From contig JBFWYQ010000001.1 in the NCBI GenBank assembly GCA_050186235.1, forward strand, positions 422,678-486,677: a stretch of DNA of 64,000 bases, written 5' to 3'. The notes under the pieces were generated by a model that was not told the DNA's origin, searched no databases, and saw only the letters and a program-made list of their open reading frames with translations. Positions 57,486 to 64,000 of the stretch are shown here, piece by piece (positions within the stretch are counted from its first letter, which is position 1; each line of letters opens with the position of its first letter). The position numbers were made by a program, and so were the translations under genes. The DNA is from Hyphomonadaceae bacterium (lineage in GTDB: Bacteria > Pseudomonadota > Alphaproteobacteria > Caulobacterales > Aquidulcibacteraceae).

Positions 57486-57514
57486 GCGCCGGCGGCTGAG
57501 CCGGCCGCCGGCGC
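57486..57514. terminator. Strong GC hairpin, possibly bidirectional
   Basis: GCGCCGGCGGC-tgagccg-GCCGCCGGCGC 11-bp stem; TTTC follows on the plus strand and AATTCGTTT on the minus strand. Confidence 0.6.
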
Positions 57515-57521
57515 TTTCGCT

Positions 57522-57606
57522 TCATCCCTAAGGTGGGATGAGAACCTGGCCCCGGTACGAGCGAGGGACGAAAATCGTCCGGAACCGGGGATGATAAAAC
57601 ACCACC
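57522..57606. ncRNA. Candidate structured RNA of unassigned family
   Basis: Nested stems GGTGG/CCACC, CCCCGGT/ACCGGGG and GGACG/CGTCC, plus a competing TCATCCC/GGGATGA hairpin. Confidence 0.3.
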
Positions 57607-57634
57607 CCGGCTGAACCCGTGCTGAAGCGGAAAA

Positions 57635-58741
57635 TCAGCTTGGGCGGGCCGAAATTCCCCACCGATCCAGGATTTTCGCGGCGTCCTCCCCGGCGCCGCC
57701 CGGCGGTCCCTGAACGGCGGAGGGGGTGCGCGAAAATCTGGGGGCGGGGGCAGGCTGAATCAGTCCGGCGACGTCCACGAATGTCTCCCGGGCGGCGTTG
57801 TGAGGATGGCTAGGCGCTTCCGCCATGGAAAGCACTGGGGCGAAACAGACGTCCGTGCCTTCCATCAGCGCCGTCCATTCGTCGCGCGTCTTGGTTGCCA
57901 TGACCTCGGCCACCTTCTGAGAGAGGGCTGGCCAATCCGCCTTGTTCATCTGCGCGGCGAACGCGGGATCGTCCTTGAGGCCGGTCTTCTCCAGGAGCAG
58001 CGCATAGAATTGGGGTTCGAGCGATCCGATCGACACGAACTTCCCGTCCTTGGTCTTGTAGACGTCGTAAAACGGCGCGCCGCCGTCGAGCAAGTTCGCA
58101 TCGCGCTCGTCGTTCCAAATTCCGGACGCGCGCAAACCGTAAATGACGCTCATGAGCGAGGCCGCGCCATCCGAGATCGCAGCGTCGATCACCTGCCCTT
58201 TGCCGGACTGCTGCGCTTCATAGAGCGCCGCACACACCCCCATCGCCAGATAGAGCGAACCGCCGCCATAATCGCCGACGAGGTTGAGCGGCGGCGACGG
58301 CGCGTCGTCCTTTCTACCCATGGCATGGAGCGCGCCTGAGATCGCAATGTAGTTGAGATCATGACCGGCCGCTTCCGCGAGCGGGCCAGTCTGCCCCCAT
58401 CCCGTCATGCGCCCATAGATCAGCTTCGGATTGCGTTGCAGCGCTTCATCGGGGCCGAGACCCAAGCGTTCCATCACGCCCGGTCGGAAGCCTTCGATCA
58501 GCACGTCCGCCTTCTCGATCATCGCCAGCGCAACGCCGACGTCATTGGCGTCCTTGAGATCGAGCACGATATGGCGCCGCCCGCGCGCGGGAATGTCGTT
58601 TTTGAATGTGGGCCGCCCGCCCTTGCGGTCGATGCGCACGACATCGGCGCCCATGTCCGAGAGCAGCATGCAACAGAACGGGCCCGGGCCAATGCCGGCG
58701 AACTCGACAACCTTGACGCCTGAGAGCGGACCCTGACCCAT
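57635..58741 (-). CDS. CaiB/BaiF family III CoA-transferase (alpha-methylacyl-CoA racemase-like)
   Basis: [62 protein letters not shown]. Confidence 0.93.
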   Translation of the reverse strand: MGQGPLSGVKVVEFAGIGPGPFCCMLLSDMGADVVRIDRKGGRPTFKNDIPARGRRHIVLDLKDANDVGVALAMIEKADVLIEGFRPGVMERLGLGPDEALQRNPKLIYGRMTGWGQTGPLAEAAGHDLNYIAISGALHAMGRKDDAPSPPLNLVGDYGGGSLYLAMGVCAALYEAQQSGKGQVIDAAISDGAASLMSVIYGLRASGIWNDERDANLLDGGAPFYDVYKTKDGKFVSIGSLEPQFYALLLEKTGLKDDPAFAAQMNKADWPALSQKVAEVMATKTRDEWTALMEGTDVCFAPVLSMAEAPSHPHNAARETFVDVAGLIQPAPAPRFSRTPSAVQGPPGGAGEDAAKILDRWGISARPS

Positions 58742-58833
58742 CGCGCATTTACCCTCGCGGTTTCGACCTGTGCTATCTCGCTGTACTTATACTTGTTCAA
58801 GCCGCGCCGTCGCGGGGCGCCGGAGCGTTAACT

Positions 58834-60132
58834 TTGCGGATTGTGGTGAGAGCCGCTGACGCGCGCATGGCGCGTGACGCCCAAGCGTTGCTCGCCAGCG
58901 CCGCCATCGAAGCGGCGGCGATCACGGGCCCTTACCGCCCCGCTCCGGATGGCGAAGACATTTGCATCATCCCTGCCGCGAGCGAAAACGCCGGCGAGCT
59001 TGCACGCGCCGCCGCCACCTCCGAACGCCCGCCGATCGCCTGCCTGGCGGGCCACAGCAACGCCGCGCCGCCGCCTCTTGGACTGGGAGACACGACCTCA
59101 TTGTCCGGGGCGATCACATTGGACGCGCCGCCCAAGCTGTTGCGGGGACAAGTCGATGCGTGGATACGTGTCGCCATCGCCGAAGAAGAACGCGCTCGTC
59201 GCGGCCGGACTGCCGCGAAGATAGGCGTCACGTCGCCGCAAGCGCCTGAGCCGCGCAAGCTGAAAGCGCTCTATATCGGCGCGCCGAGCTCGATGTTTCT
59301 GGCGCTCGAGCGCGTGCTGGCCGAACAAGGCGGTCTCGTCGCGGCGGCCTTCACGTCGTACGCCGGGTTCGACCACCTGCATGATGAGCCGTTTGACGCC
59401 GTCGTCCTCAATGGCGCGCACGATCCCAGCACGGCTGTATCGCTCTGCGCCGCGCTTCGGCGCAACGCCACGCTCTATCACTTGCCGACACTTATGTTGA
59501 CCAAACCCGGCGACACCGCGACCGCCGCCGCTGCTATCGATCGCGGCGCCTCGGCGATCTGTGCGCAGACGATGCCGTGCTCGGCGAGCCTCGGCTGGTT
59601 GTTTGAAGCGGTGCGTCGCGAACGTCGCAGACGCGCCGCCGAACACGAGATGCGCGCGTTCCGGGATGTGATGGGCGATGCGCGCACTGGCCTGTGGCAG
59701 CGCGCGCCATTTGACGCCCATCTGGCGCGCCTTGCCGCCGATCATCACGCCAACGGCCGCCCGCTCAGCATGGTGGTGCTGCGCGTGACGCCAGCAATAG
59801 GCGCGCGAGAACCGGCGGAAGACGTCTGGCGGAAGGGCTTCATGGAGATCGCATCACTAGCTGCCCGCCTTATGCGAGACGCCGACAGCGGCACGACTCT
59901 CGGCGGCGATCTCATAGCGCTTGCCCTGCCCGCCTCGTCGCTGCGCAGCGCCCGTCGCACGGCCGAGCGCATTGCGTCGGTTGCCGAATGCACCGCGTTC
60001 GCGTCGGGCGATGGCGGCGCCGGCCCGCTCGTGTTCGAGCAGAGCGTCGTCGAGCTTCAGCCGGGGGAAAGCGGCGCCGGCATGCTGGCGCGTGCGCTAC
60101 ACGCCATCGAAGTCGAGAGCATACCGGCTTAG
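58834..60132 (+). CDS. popA: PopA-like degenerate PleD paralog (two receiver-like domains plus inactive GGDEF with I-site)
   Basis: AAFTSYAGFDHLHDEPFDAVVL, LRRNATLYHLP, FDAHLARLA, RPLS..VLRV, I-site RDAD, GGDLI replacing GGDEF, AERIASV..CTAF; next to mfd; TTG start. Confidence 0.8.
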   Translation: MRIVVRAADARMARDAQALLASAAIEAAAITGPYRPAPDGEDICIIPAASENAGELARAAATSERPPIACLAGHSNAAPPPLGLGDTTSLSGAITLDAPPKLLRGQVDAWIRVAIAEEERARRGRTAAKIGVTSPQAPEPRKLKALYIGAPSSMFLALERVLAEQGGLVAAAFTSYAGFDHLHDEPFDAVVLNGAHDPSTAVSLCAALRRNATLYHLPTLMLTKPGDTATAAAAIDRGASAICAQTMPCSASLGWLFEAVRRERRRRAAEHEMRAFRDVMGDARTGLWQRAPFDAHLARLAADHHANGRPLSMVVLRVTPAIGAREPAEDVWRKGFMEIASLAARLMRDADSGTTLGGDLIALALPASSLRSARRTAERIASVAECTAFASGDGGAGPLVFEQSVVELQPGESGAGMLARALHAIEVESIPA

Positions 60133-63100
60133 GCGGCTTTGCGCGCCGCCAGTCGTGACAAGGATTCCAGCACGCCGCGGAGCGCTTTGAGCCGTTGCGT
60201 CGCTTCCGGCCACCCCCCCTGCACCACGAGCTTTCCGTCCGGGCGCATTTTGTAGTCGTCAGGCCGCTCGGTGATGAAGCGCACGAGCGCCAAAGGATCA
60301 GGAAAACCGATCTCCCGGAACGTCAACACCGCGCCTTTCGGTCCGGCATCGAGTTTCGAGATCTGGCAGCGCCGGCAAAGCGCTTTCAGCGCCGCCACCG
60401 CAATCAGCTGATCCGCTTCCGGCGGCAATGGGCCGAAACGGTCGATGAGTTCGGCGGCAAATGCCTCGCGCTCCTGATCTGAATCGAGGTCTGCAAGCCG
60501 GCGATAAAGCGCCAGGCGCACCGTCAGATCGGCGACATAGTCCTCCGGTATCAGCACCGAGGCGCCGACATTGATCTGCGGCGACCAGGATTTTTCGCTG
60601 GCGGCTTCATCCGTGCCGTCTCGCAAGGACGCAACCGCTTCCTCCAGCATCGATTGATAGAGTTCGACGCCGACTTCGCGGATGTGTCCAGATTGTTCTT
60701 CGCCGAGTAAATTGCCGCCGCCACGCATGTCGAGATCGTGGCTCGCCAGCGTGAAGCCGGCGCCAAGATTGTCGAGCGAGGACAATATTTTGAGCCGCTT
60801 TTCCGCGCTCATGGTCAGCGCCTGCTCAGCGGCGGTAGTGAGGTAGGCGTATGCACGGAGCTTTGAACGGCCGACGCGGCCGCGCAACTGATAGAGTTGC
60901 GCCAAGCCGAACATGTCGGCGCGGAAAACGACCAAAGTGTTGGCGCGGGGGATGTCCAACCCGGACTCGACGATGCTCGTCGACAAGAGCACGTCGAAAC
61001 CGCCATCGTAGAAATTGGTCATAATCTCGTCGAGCGCACCCGCCGCCATCTGGCCGTGGGCGACGGCGAACGTCACCTCGGGCACATTGCGACGCAGGAA
61101 CTCCGCCGCCTCGTCGAGGTCGGCGATACGCGGCGTTACAAAGAAGCTTTGTCCGCCCCGGTATTTCTCGCGCAACAGCGCTTCGCGGGTTGTCACTGCG
61201 TCGAAGGCCGTGACGTAGGTCCGCACCGCCATGCGGTCGATCGGCGGTGTGGTGATCAGGCTCATCTCACGGACGCCGGCGAGCGCCAGCTGCAGCGTGC
61301 GCGGAATTGGCGTTGCCGAAAGCGTCAGCGCATGCACCTCGGCGCGAAGATCCTTCAGGCGCTCCTTGTGCTTGACGCCGAAGTGCTGCTCTTCGTCGAT
61401 GATCATCAGCCCCAGGTCGCGGAACTTGATTGTCTTCGACAGCAGCGCGTGCGTGCCGACAACGATCTCGACTGTGCCGTCGGCAAGGGTTGCCTTGGTT
61501 TCCGCCGCTTCCTTCGCGCTCACCAGACGGGAGAGCTGACGCACGCGCACCGGCAAGCCGCGGAAGCGCTCGGAGAACGTCCTGTGGTGCTGACGGCACA
61601 GCAACGTCGTCGGTGTGACCACGGCGACCTGTTTGCCGGTCATCGCCATTAGGAACGCTGCGCGAAGTGCGACTTCGGTTTTTCCAAAACCGACATCCCC
61701 GCAAATGAGCCGATCCATCGGCCGTCCGGCCGCTAGATCGCTCACCACATCGTCGATGGCGGCGAGTTGATCGTCCGTCTCTTCATACGGGAAGCGGGCG
61801 CAGAATTCGTCCCAGAGCCCTTCCGGCGGCGCGACTGGCTCGGCCACGCGCGTTGCACGCAGTGCTGCGATGCGCAGCAATTCCTCGGCCATGTCTCGCA
61901 GACGCTGCTTCGCGCGCGCTTTGCGGCTCTGCCAGGCGACGCCGCCCAGCTTATCGAGCTGCGCCTCCGCATCTTCGGCGCCATAGCGGCTGACCAGTTC
62001 AATATTCTCAACGGGCAAATAGAGTTTGTCGCCGCCCGCGTAGGTCAGATCCAGGCAATCATGCGGCGCGCCCGCGACATCAAGGGTCTTTAGGCCTTCG
62101 TAACGACCGACGCCGTGATCCTGGTGGACGATGAGGTCGCCCTGGTTCATCGCCGCGGCTTCGGCAATGACGCTCGCGGCCTTGCGCCGTTTGCGCGGCC
62201 GCGCCAGACGATCGCCGAGAATGTCCTGCTCGGCGATAAGCGCGAGCTGATCTGTTTCGAAGCCATGCTCGATCGGAAGCACTGCGAGCGCATGCGCAGC
62301 CTTCGGCAAGGCCGAAGTCTGCCGCCACGATTCGCTGCGCACGACCGCTTCAACGCCGTGATCGCTCAAGACGCCGGCCAAGCGCTCGGCCGAACCCTCG
62401 GACCAAGCCGCGATGACGACCCTCTTCTTGGCTTTTGTCAGCGCTTCGATGTGCCGGGCGGCGGCTTCAAAGACGTTGACGTCAGCGGTCTGCCGTTCCG
62501 GTGCGAAATCTCGGCCAGGGCGCGCGCCGAGATCCAACTGTTTCTTGGCGTCACTGTCGAAGTGGGTGAAGCGACGGACGGCGCGCGAGGCAAGCGCAGC
62601 GGCCATGGCGTCGTTGTCGAGATACAGCAAATCTGGCTCAGGCGCCCTAAACGGCGCGCCGCCGCGCGGAGTGGGGGCGGACTTGCGGGAGTCGTAGTGG
62701 TCTCTGGCGGTCTCGACGCGCTCCTTGATGGCGTCCTCCGCAAGGGGATCGAACGCGACAAGCGCTGTATCGCCGGCATAATCGAAGACGGTCTCGAGCC
62801 GCTCGTAGAAGAACGGCAGAAACTGCTCAACGCCTTGACGCCTGATGCGTGCGCTTACGCTGTCGTAGAGCGGATCGCTGACGGCGCCGAAGGTCTGCGT
62901 AAAACGGCGACGGAATTGAAGCACAGTGAGGTCATCGAGCAGCACCTCGCTGACCGGCGTCAGCAGCGCGCTCTTGAACTTAGCCTTCGAGATTTGCGTT
63001 TCCGGATCGAAGCCGCGGATCGTCTCGAGCGTGTCGCCGAAGAAATCGAACCGGAACGGCTCCGGCGCGGCTGGTGGAAAGACATCGATCAACCCCCCGC

Positions 63101-63623
63101 GCACGGCGAACTCACCAGGCGCCCGGACGGTCGATGCACGCGAGTAGCCGTTGACGACGAGGTACGCCTCGAGCTGCTCCATCGAGGCATCGGCGCCGGC
63201 TTGGGCCGCGAATGCGCCCTCCGCCAACCGCCGACGAGGCGGCACGCGCTGCGCAACAGCAGACGCTGTCGCCACCACCAGGAGGGGCGCATCCTTCTCG
63301 CCACGACGCGCGAGGGCCGTGAGCGCGGCGCAGCGTTGGGCCGCCACCGCCGCAGCCGGTGAGATGCGGTCGTACGGAAGCGTGTCCCATGCGGGCAGAC
63401 GCAGCGTTTCCATCTCGGGCGCAAAGAATTTCGCGGCGGCCTCAAATTGCGCAGCGCGCGCTTCGTCACGCGCCACGAACACCGTGACGCCGCCCCGCTG
63501 CCTCGCCGCTTCCGCCAACCCCGCCGCATCCACACCCTCGGGCGCGCCCGAAACCACCAGCGCGTCCTTCGACCTCGCCAGCGTCTCGATCAGCTTCTGT
63601 GGAAGGGCTGGGTCTTTCATCAA
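60129..63623 (-). CDS. mfd: Transcription-repair coupling factor
   Basis: PAWDTLPYDR, RGGLIDVF, VH.DHGVGRY, CGDVGFGKTEVA, DEEQHFGV, TLSATPIPRTL, QLYQLRGRVGRS, DLDMRGGGNLLGEEQSG. Confidence 0.98.
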   Translation of the reverse strand: MMKDPALPQKLIETLARSKDALVVSGAPEGVDAAGLAEAARQRGGVTVFVARDEARAAQFEAAAKFFAPEMETLRLPAWDTLPYDRISPAAAVAAQRCAALTALARRGEKDAPLLVVATASAVAQRVPPRRRLAEGAFAAQAGADASMEQLEAYLVVNGYSRASTVRAPGEFAVRGGLIDVFPPAAPEPFRFDFFGDTLETIRGFDPETQISKAKFKSALLTPVSEVLLDDLTVLQFRRRFTQTFGAVSDPLYDSVSARIRRQGVEQFLPFFYERLETVFDYAGDTALVAFDPLAEDAIKERVETARDHYDSRKSAPTPRGGAPFRAPEPDLLYLDNDAMAAALASRAVRRFTHFDSDAKKQLDLGARPGRDFAPERQTADVNVFEAAARHIEALTKAKKRVVIAAWSEGSAERLAGVLSDHGVEAVVRSESWRQTSALPKAAHALAVLPIEHGFETDQLALIAEQDILGDRLARPRKRRKAASVIAEAAAMNQGDLIVHQDHGVGRYEGLKTLDVAGAPHDCLDLTYAGGDKLYLPVENIELVSRYGAEDAEAQLDKLGGVAWQSRKARAKQRLRDMAEELLRIAALRATRVAEPVAPPEGLWDEFCARFPYEETDDQLAAIDDVVSDLAAGRPMDRLICGDVGFGKTEVALRAAFLMAMTGKQVAVVTPTTLLCRQHHRTFSERFRGLPVRVRQLSRLVSAKEAAETKATLADGTVEIVVGTHALLSKTIKFRDLGLMIIDEEQHFGVKHKERLKDLRAEVHALTLSATPIPRTLQLALAGVREMSLITTPPIDRMAVRTYVTAFDAVTTREALLREKYRGGQSFFVTPRIADLDEAAEFLRRNVPEVTFAVAHGQMAAGALDEIMTNFYDGGFDVLLSTSIVESGLDIPRANTLVVFRADMFGLAQLYQLRGRVGRSKLRAYAYLTTAAEQALTMSAEKRLKILSSLDNLGAGFTLASHDLDMRGGGNLLGEEQSGHIREVGVELYQSMLEEAVASLRDGTDEAASEKSWSPQINVGASVLIPEDYVADLTVRLALYRRLADLDSDQEREAFAAELIDRFGPLPPEADQLIAVAALKALCRRCQISKLDAGPKGAVLTFREIGFPDPLALVRFITERPDDYKMRPDGKLVVQGGWPEATQRLKALRGVLESLSRLAARKAA

Positions 63624-63886
63624 TCCGGTTTGGCGCCCATCTCGAAACGAAACGCACGAATCGCGGCCAACACCAGCGTGTCGTGTTCACGCGGTGCGGG
63701 CGCCTGTTCTGTCACCCACTCGTAGACCTCTTGGTCCGGCGCATCGAGCAAGCGTTCAAACGCGTCCAACCCGGTTTCATCGAGATCGGCAAGGCGCCGG
63801 TCCGCGAAACCGCCCAGAATCAAGTCAATCTCCCTAAATCCCCGGCGCCACGCGCGGAATTTGAGTTTCTTGCGGCGGTCGTCCAT
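63620..63886 (-). CDS. sdhE: Succinate dehydrogenase flavinylation factor (SdhE/SDHAF2)
   Basis: MDDRRKKLKFRAWRRGFREIDLILG, LLDAPDQ; stop overlaps the mfd start. Confidence 0.93.
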   Translation of the reverse strand: MDDRRKKLKFRAWRRGFREIDLILGGFADRRLADLDETGLDAFERLLDAPDQEVYEWVTEQAPAPREHDTLVLAAIRAFRFEMGAKPD

Positions 63887-64000
63887 GGGCCTTGTGGAGT
63901 AGGCAAAACGCGAGGGGGCCGCGCTATAACCCATATGGGGCGTGGAGTCAGCGCCTCCTGAGCCGAGATGAACGACGCCGCCCTTTCCCCTGCGAGAGCC

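Noticed and set aside
57522-57606. Hammerhead ribozyme, SAM-II, TPP, cobalamin, SRP or 6S RNA identity
   Set aside because: The required cores (for example CUGAUGA, or the SRP GGAAGG loop) were not found on either strand.
63968-64000. Start of a plus-strand gene at the window edge (recG often lies here)
   Set aside because: Only 11 codons (MNDAALSPARA) are visible, with no diagnostic motif.

Overview
A 64 kb GC-rich alphaproteobacterial chromosome segment. Gene order and protein motifs point to Caulobacterales/Hyphomonadales (PopA-like and Cle-like proteins, NtrC without GAFTGA); this is an inference. The core backbone is eno-ftsB-pdhA-pdhB-pdhC-lpdA-lipA-ratA, cinA-ispDF / dusB-ntrBC-ntrYX-dat-hfq-hflX, a MurC-like ligase / LD-carboxypeptidase pair, rlpA-dacA-holB-tatD-MBL-mazG, tRNA-Ser(TGA), scoAB, a CaiB-family CoA transferase, a PopA-like protein, mfd and sdhE. 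No integrase, transposase, prophage, rRNA or CRISPR array is visible. The best candidate for an undescribed system is the operon at 48308-54236. It encodes (1) a membrane-anchored 574-aa protein built of about 45 Ala/Phe/Met decapeptide repeats with a duplicated 160-aa super-repeat, (2) a 1029-aa predicted outer-membrane HExxH peptidase / beta-propeller / beta-barrel protein, and (3) a PrsW-type intramembrane protease. An orphan FapF-like secretion barrel lies just across the tRNA. Other notable observations: palindromic DNA elements translated in frame inside the PdhB and PdhC linkers; a displaced, frameshifted duplicate of the lpdA 3' end bracketing an SMI1-like/Rid cassette; a cyclase-propeller / TIR-SH3 membrane pair; a 7-site GANTC cluster upstream of ftsB; an unannotated 31-aa gene; and a candidate structured RNA. 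All domain calls come from motif recognition by eye, with no database searches.
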